Assembly: GCA_965222315.1 (NCBI GenBank)
Contig: OZ244951.1
Coordinates: 4,550,146-4,614,145, forward strand
DNA length: 64,000 nucleotides
DNA from: Alphaproteobacteria bacterium
GTDB lineage: Bacteria; Pseudomonadota; Alphaproteobacteria; Bin95
Direction of reading: 5' to 3'
Position numbers and translations under genes: made by a program. Shown here piece after piece: positions 31,019-41,687 of this stretch; the first letter of the stretch is position 1, and the number at the start of each line of letters is the position of its first letter. The notes beneath the pieces were generated by a model, which was not told the DNA's origin, did no database searches, and was given only the letters and a program-made list of their open reading frames with translations.

Positions 31019-31882
31019 TTAGCCGGCGAGCGGCCGCGCGTTCTTTTCCAGATGCAGCGCACTGATCAGCACGCGCGTCACCTCGGCGCCATCGTCGGAT
31101 ACTGGCAGCATCAGACGCTTGTAGCCATTGCGCTCACCGCCGATCTGTACATCCACAACCTGGTAGATCGGTTCGGCGTGGGTTTCCACCGCCAGCATGT
31201 CTTGCTGGAAGGTCGCGCGGATCAGCGGGTGCGGGCGATGCCCGGCACCGGAGCCGCTCCATACCATAACGGGATCCTGATGCGGTTGGGCAATGCTGCC
31301 ACCGGCCGCGAGATCGACGACGTTCATCAGGGATTCTTTGCCGGCCCGGCGCAGCAGGCGCGCGCTCAGTTCCGTGATGCGGGGCAAGCGCTCCAGCTGC
31401 TCACGGCGGCGGCGCCATTCGCGGTACAGTTCTGAGAGCAGGGCGTTGCTGTCTTGCTCAAGAACCGACAGGCTGATCGCCACCTTCGTAACCAGATCTT
31501 CGCCACGCTCGATACGAATGCGCAGCATTTCTGCTTTGGCGTAGGCGGGGTCGAGCTTGCTCAGAACATCATCGTCAAGGTTGACCTTGCCGCGGGGGTC
31601 GCTAAACGACGGCGCGCGCTGAAGGTAGGAGACGATGTAGGACCGAACGGCGGCTGTCATCGACAGATCGCCTCGTGATGTATCGATCTGCGAGCACAAC
31701 TGGTTGACGGTTACGCTATTATCCGCCGCGATACGCTGCAATGCATTCCACATGCTCGGCTCGAGCCGCATGGTGGTACGCCTGCCGTTAATCGTAACGC
31801 TGCGCATCGCCAGATGGCTGGCAAGGTCGAGACCATCCACCAGTTCAGACTGACCGCCTGTTTTCCGCAAAGCTACATTCAT
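31019..31882 (-). CDS. Ribbon-helix-helix protein with a C-terminal PAS-like domain
   Basis: RSVTINGRRTTMRLEPSMWNALQRIA...MTAAVRSYIV (RHH_4-like). The C-terminus (LYREWRRR...LPRITEL...YKRLMLPVSDDG..VTRVL) resembles PAS_5/DUF1457. Confidence 0.75.
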   Translation of the reverse strand: MNVALRKTGGQSELVDGLDLASHLAMRSVTINGRRTTMRLEPSMWNALQRIAADNSVTVNQLCSQIDTSRGDLSMTAAVRSYIVSYLQRAPSFSDPRGKVNLDDDVLSKLDPAYAKAEMLRIRIERGEDLVTKVAISLSVLEQDSNALLSELYREWRRRREQLERLPRITELSARLLRRAGKESLMNVVDLAAGGSIAQPHQDPVMVWSGSGAGHRPHPLIRATFQQDMLAVETHAEPIYQVVDVQIGGERNGYKRLMLPVSDDGAEVTRVLISALHLEKNARPLAG

Positions 31883-32002
31883 ACCCGTCTACCCTTCAAA
31901 GCTTTTCTTTAAGCGAGGTTTTTTTGGTACCGCATTCTCCAACCCTAGGTTGAATAGTGTCGATGCCAGGATGTTGAATGCCTCACTAACCTTTTTCATA
32001 CA

Positions 32003-32020
32003 CAACTTAACGTTAAGTTG
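32003..32020. promoter_or_regulatory. Perfect 18-bp palindrome upstream of the RHH gene
   Basis: CAACTTAACGTTAAGTTG is its own reverse complement and lies in an AT-rich intergenic region. Confidence 0.5.
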
Positions 32021-32076
32021 CTACCTCAATCCTTTATGTCGCATTAACGCGAACAAGGAAAGTCATCGTTTCCAAC

Positions 32077-33657
32077 TTAGGGATGCAATCCCTTCGAAAA
32101 CCGCCGCAAGCCCATTATCAAAGCGAAGGCGACCATCAAGCCGAATATCATGCTGAATGTTATCGTAGTCTTATTCGCCGGCAGAGCAACCGGCAAATCC
32201 ACGTCCAGGAACCCATGCACGCCAATACCAAGCCGTTCCTGTATTCGTCCGTATGCATCGATGACGACGGTAATGCCGGTGCTGGCCACACGGACAAGCG
32301 GCAGCCCCTCCTCGATACTCCTTAGCCTCGCCGCGGCCAGATGCTGGTGCGGACCGGCGCTTGTTCCAAACCATGCATCATTCGTCAGGTTGAGCAACCA
32401 GTCCGGCCGCAGGTTCGAATCAACGATTTCGCCCGAAAAAATCGCTTCATAACAAATCATTGGGCTAAACGGCGGGGCACCGGGAACGGGGATTGTCCGG
32501 GGCCCAGCTCCTTCGCTGAAGCTCCCATGACCAGGCGCAAGCCGCTCGAGCGGCAGCCAGTCCCGGAGGGGGACATACTCGCCAAACGGCACCAAATGAT
32601 GCTTGTCGTAGGCTGAAACGACCTGCCCGGCACCAGAAACGACAACCACTGAGTTAGTATATTGATAGTTGTTGGCGCCGCCGTTTTGACCAAGATGCCG
32701 CCGCGGAGTGCCCAGAATGACCGCGCCGCCCGGCGGCACAACGCCCGCGATCTGCTCCAGCGCACCGGGGGACTCTGCGGCAAGAAATGCGGTGGCGGCT
32801 TCCGGCCAGATAATATGGGTGACGCCAGCCGCGGCGGCGTCCCGGCTCAATTTCAGGTGCTTCTGGAAGTGCGCGGTCTGCAGATCCGGCTGCCATTTTT
32901 CACGCTGCGGAATGCTTGGCTGCACCAAACGCAGCTTGACCCCCTCTACTACCGGCATCTCTGTAGGTGCTGCGGCGAGGCGTAAACCGCCTGCCGCCGC
33001 CGCCACCGCCAGCGGCAGGATCAGGGCTACCGCACCAGCAATCTTGCGCAGGGGTCTGCCCGGCGCCAGCACGGGCAGCAGCGCACCGCCAGCCAGCACT
33101 ACCAGCAAAGAGACTCCATAGGGGCCGAGCCAGGCAGCAGCTTGGAGCACGGGCAGAACGCGGTCCCATCCATGGACCGGCAGGTTCCAGGGAAATCCGG
33201 TCAGGATGTTCCCGCGCAGCCACTCGGTGGCCATGAACAGCGCCGCAAACAACAGCGCGTCACGGATAGGAGAACCTGGACACCAGCGGCGCAGCCAGAC
33301 AAATGCCACGCCCGTCAACCCGGTCAGGATCGCCAGCCCCGCCGGCAACCCGATAATGGCGAAAGGCTGCATCCAACCGAACCGGTCCACATCTACCAGA
33401 AAAGCCTCCCCGATCCAGGAGAGGCCGAACAGGTGATAGCCGAAAGCGAAGGCCCAGCAGACTCCGAACCCGCCCCATCTGGTCCGGGCACGGCCGAGAG
33501 CAATGATCAGGATTGTGTAAGCCGGCAGTTGGGCGAAAAACAGGCCGAATGGCGGCAGCGCCAGCGAGGCGATCCAGCCCGCCCAGAGCGCGAGGGCGAA
33601 ACGGACAACAACGGCAGCCTCTGGCCTGCGTTGCTCTAGTCGGGCCAGGCTTAGCAT
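32077..33657 (-). CDS. lnt: Apolipoprotein N-acyltransferase
   Basis: EWLRG..LTGFPWN, IIWPEAA, YDKHHLVPFGEYVP, ICYEAIF, NLTNDAWFG. Confidence 0.95.
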   Translation of the reverse strand: MLSLARLEQRRPEAAVVVRFALALWAGWIASLALPPFGLFFAQLPAYTILIIALGRARTRWGGFGVCWAFAFGYHLFGLSWIGEAFLVDVDRFGWMQPFAIIGLPAGLAILTGLTGVAFVWLRRWCPGSPIRDALLFAALFMATEWLRGNILTGFPWNLPVHGWDRVLPVLQAAAWLGPYGVSLLVVLAGGALLPVLAPGRPLRKIAGAVALILPLAVAAAAGGLRLAAAPTEMPVVEGVKLRLVQPSIPQREKWQPDLQTAHFQKHLKLSRDAAAAGVTHIIWPEAATAFLAAESPGALEQIAGVVPPGGAVILGTPRRHLGQNGGANNYQYTNSVVVVSGAGQVVSAYDKHHLVPFGEYVPLRDWLPLERLAPGHGSFSEGAGPRTIPVPGAPPFSPMICYEAIFSGEIVDSNLRPDWLLNLTNDAWFGTSAGPHQHLAAARLRSIEEGLPLVRVASTGITVVIDAYGRIQERLGIGVHGFLDVDLPVALPANKTTITFSMIFGLMVAFALIMGLRRFSKGLHP

Positions 33658-33667
33658 CGGGCTCGGG

Positions 33668-34708
33668 CTAGGCTACGGCTTGAACCGGCAATTGCTGACG
33701 CATATTCCGGATGCGCAAACGCTTCAGACGGCGAGGGTCGCCCTCCAGGATTTCGAACTCGATGCCTGACGGATGGGATACGATCTCGCCACGGCCCGGC
33801 ACGCGGCCAACCAGGTTGAAGACCATGCCGCCAAGCGTGTCGATATTGTCCCGTTCCTCGTCGGAGAAAACATCGCCCACCTCGGCCTCGAAGTCTTCCA
33901 GGAGCACGCGTGCATCGGCGATCAGGCTGCCATCCGGCCGGTGGTCCATGGTCAGATCTTCTTCCCGCTCGTGCTCGTCGTCGATATCGCCGACGATCTG
34001 CTCGACCAGATCCTCAATCGTGACCAGTCCGTCGATGCCGCCAAACTCATCGACCACCAACGCCATGTGGTTCCGTTCCAACTGCATTTGCAGCAGCAGG
34101 TCGAGCACGCGCATGGACGGGGCAACCACGATCACCGACCGGAGCAAGGTCCGCAACGGCGGCGGGTCTGAAACGGCGGCTAGCGGCAGCACATCTTTGA
34201 CGTGGATCAAGCCCAGAATATGGTCCAGGTCGCCTTCAAAGACCGGCAGCCGGGAATGGTGTGTTTCGCCGATGCGGGCGATCACATCCGGCAGCGCCGT
34301 ATGAACGTCGACCGCCGCCACATCGATGCGCGGCACCATAACGTCTTCGACTGTCTGGCTGCGCAGGCGCAAGGTGTTCTCAAGGATCAGACGCTCGGTC
34401 GGATCAATCGGTTCATCGTCGGTGTCGTGCTGCTCGGCCAGTTCTTCCAGCGTGTCGCGGACAGAGGCCGCGCCGTTGCGCGGCCGCCGCAGTAGCCGCC
34501 ACATATCGCGCAGCATGGAGCGCCGGTGGCCGCCTTTGCCGCTAGTGCCATTTGCACCGTTCGCGCCATTGCTGTGAGTGCCGTTACCGTTGTGGTTAAC
34601 GGTTGAGGGGGTGGTGTTTTCCGCCGCAGCGGACTCCGCCGGTGCGGTGTCGCCCGGCGGAGTGGTCCTAGGTGAAGGGTCGTCGTTCATTGCCGTGCTG
34701 GCGCTCAT
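33668..34708 (-). CDS. corC: CorC/YbeX-like CBS-domain protein
   Basis: VEDVMVPR, HSRLPVF, ALVVDEFGGIDGLVTIEDLVEQIVGDIDDEH, CorC_HlyC-like tail. Confidence 0.9.
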   Translation of the reverse strand: MSASTAMNDDPSPRTTPPGDTAPAESAAAENTTPSTVNHNGNGTHSNGANGANGTSGKGGHRRSMLRDMWRLLRRPRNGAASVRDTLEELAEQHDTDDEPIDPTERLILENTLRLRSQTVEDVMVPRIDVAAVDVHTALPDVIARIGETHHSRLPVFEGDLDHILGLIHVKDVLPLAAVSDPPPLRTLLRSVIVVAPSMRVLDLLLQMQLERNHMALVVDEFGGIDGLVTIEDLVEQIVGDIDDEHEREEDLTMDHRPDGSLIADARVLLEDFEAEVGDVFSDEERDNIDTLGGMVFNLVGRVPGRGEIVSHPSGIEFEILEGDPRRLKRLRIRNMRQQLPVQAVA

Positions 34709-36201
34709 CCCGGATTGGCTGGCGACGGGTCGGCCGGATCGTAGGGATCGGGCACACCCAACTGGGCCAAAATGGTGCGCTCTATGCTCTCCATTTGTTG
34801 CCTGTCGGCATCGTGTTGATGATCATACCCCAAAAGGTGCAGGACGCCATGAACAATCATGTGCGATAGATGCTCCTTGAGGGTCTTGTCCTGTTCCCGC
34901 GCCTCACGCGCCACAGTTTCATATGCGACGGCGATGTCACCCAGATGACGGCCCGGTGTTTCCGCAGGTATATCTAGGTCACCGCCTTCGAAAGCCAAGA
35001 CGTTTGTTGGTTTTTCGATGCCGCGGAACTGGGCATTCAGACCGGCCAGGGTCTCGTCATCGCTCAACATAATGGCAATGGTCCCAGCCTCAACGCCAGA
35101 TGCCGCATTAGAGGCAAGCGCTGCTTCCGCCGCGATGCGGACAATGTTTTCCGGGTCGGCGAGACTGCCCTCCCAATCGGGAGCGTCAACCGTAACGTCG
35201 ATACCCACCGCGCGGATCGCAGCCTGGCGGACGATCGGCGGTGCAGTAGCCGAGCGGTTCGCGTAGGCTTTTACAATGCGGCCGACCAGCGGGTCCCGCA
35301 CCACATCGTCGGCGGAGAAATAGGTAAAGCCGACTTCCGCTACACCATCCAGCCGGACCGCCGCATCCGCCAGACCGGAGGTCGTATGGGGCGGCAGGTC
35401 CACCTGGTCGGGGTCGCCGCACACCACCATGCGCGCGCCCTCCCCGAAACGGGTGAGAAACATCATCATCTGCTGTGGCGAGGTATTCTGCGCTTCGTCC
35501 AGAATGACGAAGGCATGAGCCAGCGTGCGGCCGCGCATGAAGGCCAGCGGCGCGATCTCGATCACGCCCGACTCGATCTGCTTGGCCACCAGGTCGCCCG
35601 GCAGCATGTCGTGCAGCGCGTCGTAGAGCGGACGGAGATAGGGATCGACCTTTTCCTTCATGTCGCCCGGCAGAAACCCGATGCGCTCGCCTGCCTCCAC
35701 GGCGGGGCGGGAGAGCACCAGCCGTTCCACCTCGCCCGCCGACATGGCGGCGACGGCCGCGGCGACCGCCAGATAGGTCTTGCCGGTGCCCGCCGGGCCG
35801 AGGGCAAAGGTCAACTTGTTGTCGCGGATGGCCCGCAGGTAAGCCGCCTGGGCCGGCGTACGTGGCTGCACTGTGCGGCGGCGGGTGCGGATGGAAAGGT
35901 CGCTGGTGTCGCCCTGAACGCGCGCGTCGTTCTGCTCAGCCAGCCGGAGTGCGCCACGCACCGAGCCCTTGTCGAGAGCTTCGCCTTCTTCCAGCTTCTG
36001 GTAGAGCACTTCGAGCACGTCAGCCGCTCTTGCCACCGCGCCTTCTCCACCGGCCAATTCAACCCGGTTGCCGCGGGAGCCGATGCGCAGGCCGAGTTCT
36101 TTCTCGATCAGGGCGAGGTTCTGGTCGTAGTCACCATACAATAGCTGGGCGAGGCGGTTGTCCGCGAACGTCAGTCCGCGCCGGACGAGGGTGTCGTTCA
36201 A
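34705..36201 (-). CDS. PhoH(YbeZ)-YbeY fusion protein
   Basis: One 498-aa ORF. PhoH motifs [37 protein letters not shown], then YbeY motifs [25 protein letters not shown]. Confidence 0.93.
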   Translation of the reverse strand: MNDTLVRRGLTFADNRLAQLLYGDYDQNLALIEKELGLRIGSRGNRVELAGGEGAVARAADVLEVLYQKLEEGEALDKGSVRGALRLAEQNDARVQGDTSDLSIRTRRRTVQPRTPAQAAYLRAIRDNKLTFALGPAGTGKTYLAVAAAVAAMSAGEVERLVLSRPAVEAGERIGFLPGDMKEKVDPYLRPLYDALHDMLPGDLVAKQIESGVIEIAPLAFMRGRTLAHAFVILDEAQNTSPQQMMMFLTRFGEGARMVVCGDPDQVDLPPHTTSGLADAAVRLDGVAEVGFTYFSADDVVRDPLVGRIVKAYANRSATAPPIVRQAAIRAVGIDVTVDAPDWEGSLADPENIVRIAAEAALASNAASGVEAGTIAIMLSDDETLAGLNAQFRGIEKPTNVLAFEGGDLDIPAETPGRHLGDIAVAYETVAREAREQDKTLKEHLSHMIVHGVLHLLGYDHQHDADRQQMESIERTILAQLGVPDPYDPADPSPANPG

Positions 36202-37583
36202 GCCGCCTCCCGCGCGCCGCCGGTCAGGCCGTGAGGCCCGGCCGCTGCAATGGCGACGTCAACAATCTGGTTGTGCCAGGACATCGGCCCTTCGGCATGC
36301 ACCGCGTGCAGCCATGGAGAACGCCCGGCAAGCTGGCCCTCGCTGCGGCCAGGGCGGTCGAACAGTACCGGCATGGTGCGGCCGAGGAATTGCTGATTGA
36401 AGGCTGCCTGCTGCGCGCCGATCAGCGCCTGCAGTTCCGCTAGCCGGGCCGCCTTCACGTCCTCCGGCACCTGGTCCTCCGACGTGGCGGCAGGCGTACC
36501 TGGCCGCGGGCTGTATTTGAACGAATAGGCCTGAGCGTAGTTGACATCCCGGACCAGTTGCATCGTGGCCTCGAAATCGGCATCGGTTTCGCCCGGGAAG
36601 CCGACGATGAAGTCACTCGCCAACGCCAAGTCAGGGCGCGCCGCGCGCAGCTTGTCAATAATCCGGCGGTAGTCATCGCCCGTGTGCTTGCGGTTCATCG
36701 CCTTCAGGGTGCGGTCGGAGCCCGCCTGTACTGGCAGATGCAAGTACGGCATCAGCTTTTCGACGGAGCCATGCACACGAATCAGGTCATCGTCCATGTC
36801 GCGCGGATGAGAGGTGGTGTAGCGCAGCCGCGCCAGGCCGTCGATTTCCGCCAGGCCCTCAATCAGACGGGCAAGGCCCCACTCGCGGCCATCCGAGCCT
36901 TCGCCATGGTAAGCATTGACGTTCTGGCCGAGCAGCATGATCTCCTTTGCGCCGCCGGCAACCAGCCGCCTGGCCTCCGCCAGCACGTCGGCCGCGGGCC
37001 GGGAATACTCCGCGCCGCGGGTATAGGGCACCACACAGAAGGTGCAGAACTTGTCGCAGCCTTCCTGCACGGTCAGGAAGGCGCTGGCGCCTGTCTTAGA
37101 CGTTTCTTCGGGCAGGTGGTCGAACTTGGACTCCGCCGGAAAGTCGGTGGCGACAATGCCCGCCCGCCCCCGCGGCGTCGCCCGCGCCGCTTCGGCCTGG
37201 GCCACCAGTTTCGGCAGGTGGTGGTAGGCTTGTGGGCCGATTACCAGATCGACGACCGGCGCGCGGCGGACCATTTCCTCGCCCTCGGCCTGAGCGACGC
37301 AGCCCGCAACAGCGACCAGGGTATCTTTGCCTTGCTCCCGGCGGGTGGCCTGCAGCGCGCGCACGCGGCCGAGTTCCGAATACACCTTCTCCGCCGCTTT
37401 CTCGCGGATATGGCAGGTATTCAGGATAATACAGTCGGCGTCTTCCGGATTGTCTGTCGCCTGATAACCGGCCTGTGCCAGAGCATCGGCCATGCGGCGC
37501 GAGTCATAGACGTTCATTTGGCAACCATATGTGCGGATGAACAATTTGCGGGCGTCGCCCCGGGACGTTGCCTCAACAGTCAT
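36198..37583 (-). CDS. miaB: tRNA-i6A37 methylthiotransferase
   Basis: [31 protein letters not shown] radical-SAM motif, TRAM-like tail. Confidence 0.96.
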   Translation of the reverse strand: MTVEATSRGDARKLFIRTYGCQMNVYDSRRMADALAQAGYQATDNPEDADCIILNTCHIREKAAEKVYSELGRVRALQATRREQGKDTLVAVAGCVAQAEGEEMVRRAPVVDLVIGPQAYHHLPKLVAQAEAARATPRGRAGIVATDFPAESKFDHLPEETSKTGASAFLTVQEGCDKFCTFCVVPYTRGAEYSRPAADVLAEARRLVAGGAKEIMLLGQNVNAYHGEGSDGREWGLARLIEGLAEIDGLARLRYTTSHPRDMDDDLIRVHGSVEKLMPYLHLPVQAGSDRTLKAMNRKHTGDDYRRIIDKLRAARPDLALASDFIVGFPGETDADFEATMQLVRDVNYAQAYSFKYSPRPGTPAATSEDQVPEDVKAARLAELQALIGAQQAAFNQQFLGRTMPVLFDRPGRSEGQLAGRSPWLHAVHAEGPMSWHNQIVDVAIAAAGPHGLTGGAREAA

Positions 37584-37646
37584 GCGCGCGTTTGATACTC
37601 CAGTTGCCGAAAATTAGCGGAAATGCAGCGGCCATTCTTCACTCTA

Positions 37647-38498
37647 TCAGGCTGCTTTTTCGGACCCTAGCGGGACGCCTTGCGCTGTCAAGCTTAACGG
37701 ACGGCCCGTAAGCGCTGCCGCCACCCCCGCCGACACCTCCGCATACATGTGCTGCGCCAGCGCGCGCCGGCTCGGCCACTCATGCGCGTGGGTCGGCTCA
37801 TGCAGGGTAATGACGATATGGGTGCGGCCAAGCCCGGCAAACGTCCATAGATGCCCGCCCAAACCCATGTCACCATACCAGGCATAAAAGGGCCGCAGGC
37901 CCCGCCCGATGGGCATACCGTTTAGCGCGGTGTAGGCGATAGAGACCGATTGCAGGGCAAGCGGGCGCCCCTCTTCCGCCCGCTCCGCCACACTGAACAG
38001 CGCGCTCTTGAACGGTAGAACCCGGTTGCCGTCATTGCTGGTGCCTTCTGCAAACAGCACCAGCCGGTCGCCCGCGGCCAGCCGCTCCCCGATAGCGTCC
38101 CGCTGCTTGGCAGCGCTGGCTCGGCGGCGATCGACAAAAACGGTGCGCTGCAATTTTGCCAGCAGGCCGAAGAATGGCCAGGAGGCGACCTCGCTCTTCG
38201 CGACAAAGCTAAGGGCACCCAGGTTGGAGAGCACCGGGATGTCCAAGTAGGAGACGTGGTTGGAGACCAGCAGGGTTGGCCTTTCGCTCGCCAATTCGCC
38301 CCGGACCTCTATCGTCATGCCCCAAAGCTTGCAGCAGGTGCGGTGATAGAAAACGGGCAGCGACTCGCGCAGGCCCCAGCCAAAGGTCACGGCCAGAGCC
38401 TGCACCGGGATCAGGCAGAGGGTGAAAACCAGATAAACGGACAGTCGGACGGCCGCCCGGGTGTTCCGCACCCAGCCTGGGCCGATTAAGTCTTTCAC
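37647..38498 (-). CDS. olsA: Lyso-ornithine lipid O-acyltransferase (PlsC-like)
   Basis: NHVSYLD, FVAKSEV, FAEGTSNDG. Directly downstream of olsB. Start codon uncertain. Confidence 0.8.
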   Translation of the reverse strand: MKDLIGPGWVRNTRAAVRLSVYLVFTLCLIPVQALAVTFGWGLRESLPVFYHRTCCKLWGMTIEVRGELASERPTLLVSNHVSYLDIPVLSNLGALSFVAKSEVASWPFFGLLAKLQRTVFVDRRRASAAKQRDAIGERLAAGDRLVLFAEGTSNDGNRVLPFKSALFSVAERAEEGRPLALQSVSIAYTALNGMPIGRGLRPFYAWYGDMGLGGHLWTFAGLGRTHIVITLHEPTHAHEWPSRRALAQHMYAEVSAGVAAALTGRPLSLTAQGVPLGSEKAA

Positions 38499-38511
38499 GG
38501 GCGTATATCCA

Positions 38512-39453
38512 TCAGGGCGAGCGCAGCGGCCGGTCCTGGGCCAACACGTCCATCTGACGGGCAAAGGCCCGGGTCAGCCGGTCCGGACGCACCACGACAC
38601 AGACATCGATGGTGTTAAACTGTTCATCGATCACAGCCCCGTCGCCGATCATGCCGCCCATCCTCAGGTAACCCTTGATCAAGGGCGGCAACGCGGCGCG
38701 CGCGGCTTTCGGATCATAGCTGCCTGGCGGCACCCAGTTCATGCTGACATAGCGTTTGCGCCGCGCCTTGGGCCGCATGCGGAGCGGCGCCATGTGATAG
38801 TGGCGAAGGTAACTGAGTTCAACGCCAATCGCCTCCGGATCGATCCCGTGGAAGCTGGCGCAACCGAACATCAGGTTGACGTTGTTTGTGTGGGCATAGA
38901 GACCGATGCCCCGCCACAGCAGGTTCATGGTCATTGCCTTGCGGTATTCGATCGCCACGCAGGACCGGCCCAATTCCAATACCTGGTGACCACCTTTCAG
39001 CAAGCGGCGGATCGAGAATTCGTCCTGGGTATAAAACCGGCCGAGTTTGGCAGCCATATCACGGCGCAGCAGGCGGTAAGTGCCGACGATGGGTGGATTC
39101 TCGGGGTCGGCCTCGTGATCCAGTACAACCAGATGATCGCAGCCCGGATCGAAGCGGTCGATGTCGCGCTCGAGCTTCTGCATCTCCGGCGTGGGTCTAG
39201 CGCCCCGTTCCTTATAGAAGACGTCGTAGCGCAGACGCTGTGCTGCCTCCAGCTCCTCCGGCCCTTGGATGAGCCGCAACTCCAGCTGGCCCGCGGTCAG
39301 ACGGATCTCGCGGTCATGAGGCGCCAGCAGCCGCCCCGTACTAATACGGCGGTTGATGAAGGGAAGGGCAACCTTGGGCGCCCCGCCCCGCTGCGCCCGA
39401 AGGCGGCGGTAAGCGCGTCCGCGTTGCAAAGCGCGCCTGAGCGCTAAAGCCAT
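38512..39453 (-). CDS. olsB: Ornithine N-acyltransferase (GNAT)
   Basis: AQRLRYDVF, DRFDPGCDHL, VGTYRLL, LELGRSCV, MFGCASF, LPPLIKGYLRMG. Start codon uncertain. Confidence 0.88.
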   Translation of the reverse strand: MALALRRALQRGRAYRRLRAQRGGAPKVALPFINRRISTGRLLAPHDREIRLTAGQLELRLIQGPEELEAAQRLRYDVFYKERGARPTPEMQKLERDIDRFDPGCDHLVVLDHEADPENPPIVGTYRLLRRDMAAKLGRFYTQDEFSIRRLLKGGHQVLELGRSCVAIEYRKAMTMNLLWRGIGLYAHTNNVNLMFGCASFHGIDPEAIGVELSYLRHYHMAPLRMRPKARRKRYVSMNWVPPGSYDPKAARAALPPLIKGYLRMGGMIGDGAVIDEQFNTIDVCVVVRPDRLTRAFARQMDVLAQDRPLRSP

Positions 39454-39635
39454 TGGCCCAATACTCCCACCTGTACGTGCCGGATCAAACCGCCAAGTCA
39501 GTGGCTGATTGCAGTGCCGCGGCCAAGCCGCAATATCTATCCGACGCCCGGTTACTAGAAAATGGCTACGGCCGCAACCAAGTGGCTGCGGCCGTTCCAC
39601 ATATTAGACTTGGCCGGACGCCCCGGAATGCGGCG

Positions 39636-40055
39636 TCAGCCGCCCCGGCGTGCGCGTGTGCCAAGGCCAATCTTCTTCGCCAGATCAGACCGCTGCGCCG
39701 CATAGCTGGGCGCAACCATCGGATAATCGGACGGCAGGCCCCAGCGATCGCGGTACTCGTCCGGAGTCATGTTGTAAGCGGTCTTCAGGTGACGCTTCAG
39801 CATTTTCAACTTCTTGCCATCTTCCAGGCAAACGATGTAATCGTTGGTCACCGACTTCTTGATTGCCACGGCCGGCTCCGGCCGCTCCTGCACGGCGGAG
39901 GTCGATGCTTCAACGGACGACAAGGTCCGGTATACTTGGTTGATCAGGTCGGACAGGTCCGGAACAGCAACCGTGTTGTTGGAAACATGAGCCGCCACGA
40001 TCTCCGTGGTGTACTCGAGCAGTTCTTTGTTGGACTGGGTGTCGCTTTCAGACAT
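39636..40055 (-). CDS. mucR: MucR/Ros zinc-finger regulator
   Basis: IVAAHVSNN, IVCLEDGKKLKMLKRHL, YPMVAPSYA. Confidence 0.96.
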   Translation of the reverse strand: MSESDTQSNKELLEYTTEIVAAHVSNNTVAVPDLSDLINQVYRTLSSVEASTSAVQERPEPAVAIKKSVTNDYIVCLEDGKKLKMLKRHLKTAYNMTPDEYRDRWGLPSDYPMVAPSYAAQRSDLAKKIGLGTRARRGG

Positions 40056-40179
40056 GTATGGTCTTCTCCGGGTGCCATGTTTGGGTGGATTTCTGACTGG
40101 GGGCATAGTGCTGATTTCGGACTTTGGCAATATAGATAATGCTGTTTTGGTTTAATTTTCCTGAACGGGAGCTGCGGTG

Positions 40180-40413
40180 ATGCCAGAGTACTTTCTCGAT
40201 ATAACGGATAAAGTGTGTCCGATGACGTTTGTAAAGACCAAGCTGCTGCTGGAGAAAATGGCACCCGGCGAATCGGCGGAAGTCCGGCTCCGGAGCGGGG
40301 AGCCTCTGGAAAATGTGCCGCGGTCCCTCGCTGAATTGGGGCAAGAAATACTCGGAAAGAGACAAGAATCGGAAGGCGTGTGGCGCATAGTATTCCGGAA
40401 ATCGCCCGTATAA
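40180..40413 (+). CDS. TusA-family sulfur carrier
   Basis: LDITDKVCPMTFVKTKL, GEPLENVPRS. Confidence 0.88.
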   Translation: MPEYFLDITDKVCPMTFVKTKLLLEKMAPGESAEVRLRSGEPLENVPRSLAELGQEILGKRQESEGVWRIVFRKSPV

Positions 40414-40446
40414 CGGCCCATGTAATGGTGCATATACACTGTTAAG

Positions 40447-40455
40447 TTATCCACA
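40447..40455 (+). promoter_or_regulatory. Single perfect DnaA box
   Basis: TTATCCACA in the tusA-tauE intergenic region. Confidence 0.4.
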
Positions 40456-40760
40456 TAGGTTCGGTCGACTTGTTCTACCAGGGTGCGACTAGCGGGTTTC
40501 TTATCGGATCGGGCGGAGCGTTATTGACATCCGCCCCATGCTTCCTTCGCCGGCCCCCGGGTTTCTACCGACGCCACACACAAGTAATAGGCAAACTGCC
40601 GCGCATACAATTGTGATGCGGCTGAAAGTCGCTTTGGCTAATTGGCGATTCGCCAGAGTATTCGGCCCTTGCCAGAACATAGGGGGAAGCGCATAGACTA
40701 GTTTGCATCCCGAGCGGCCCCGCCGCTGCCATTTTCGCCCAACGGACGCGCCTGCCAATT

Positions 40761-41687
40761 ATGCAGATCTACCTCCCCATCGCTGAATTGTCGGTGAACG
40801 TGTTCGTGCTGCTGGGACTTGGGGGTGGGATCGGTTTTCTGTCTGGACTGTTCGGTGTCGGTGGCGGCTTCCTGATGACGCCCGCCCTGATTTTCATCGG
40901 CGTGCCGCCTGCCGTCGCCGTGGCGAGCGAGGCCAACCAGCTTGTCGCCACGTCCATTACCGGCGTGATTGCCCATTGGCGGCGCAAGAGCGTCGATTTC
41001 AAAATGGGTCTGGTATTGCTGTGCGGTGGTGTCGTCGGCTCCACGATCGGCGTTTATATCTTCAAGCTGCTGCGGGAACTGGGCCAGGTCGATCTGATGA
41101 TCTCCCTGCTCTACGTCGTGTTCCTCGGCGCCATCGGCACGCTGATGTTCATCGAGAGCTTGCGCAGCATGTTGCGCACAAGGCGCGGCATGGCGCGCCG
41201 GGGCAAGCTGCACACTCACACCTGGTGGCATGGCCTGCCGTTCAAAATCCGATTCCGGCGGTCGCGGCTCTATATCAGTGCGCTGATGCCGTTCACGATC
41301 GGTTTGTTCGTTGGCATTCTGGCGGCGTTGATGGGGGTCGGCGGTGGCTTCATAATGGTGCCGGCGATGATCTACCTGCTAGGCATGCCCACCGCGGTCG
41401 TGGCCGGCACCTCGCTCTTTCAGATCCTTTTCGTCGTCACCAACGTGACATTCCTTCAGGCCTACACCAACCAGACAGTCGATCTGGTTCTGGCCCTCAT
41501 ACTGCTGGCGGGCTCGGTGATCGGCGTTCAGTTGGGCACGATCATCGGCGCGAGGGTGTCGGGCGCGCAGTTCCGCGTTCTGCTGGCGGTGCTGGTACTG
41601 GCCACCTGCGGAAAGCTGCTGCTCGACCTGCTGATTCAGCCCACCGATCTCTTTTCGCTGCAGATCGGCGGGGGAGGCGGGCATTGA
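40761..41687 (+). CDS. TauE/SafE family permease
   Basis: MQIYLPIAE, GLFGVGGGFLMTP, MGVGGGFIMVP. Confidence 0.92.
   Translation: MQIYLPIAELSVNVFVLLGLGGGIGFLSGLFGVGGGFLMTPALIFIGVPPAVAVASEANQLVATSITGVIAHWRRKSVDFKMGLVLLCGGVVGSTIGVYIFKLLRELGQVDLMISLLYVVFLGAIGTLMFIESLRSMLRTRRGMARRGKLHTHTWWHGLPFKIRFRRSRLYISALMPFTIGLFVGILAALMGVGGGFIMVPAMIYLLGMPTAVVAGTSLFQILFVVTNVTFLQAYTNQTVDLVLALILLAGSVIGVQLGTIIGARVSGAQFRVLLAVLVLATCGKLLLDLLIQPTDLFSLQIGGGGGH

Noticed and set aside
34540-34600. Asn/Gly-rich stretch in the CorC N-terminus
   Set aside because: Short low-complexity linker, not a true tandem repeat.
40414-40760. Replication origin suggested by the DnaA box
   Set aside because: Only one perfect box, with no box cluster or extended AT-rich unwinding element.
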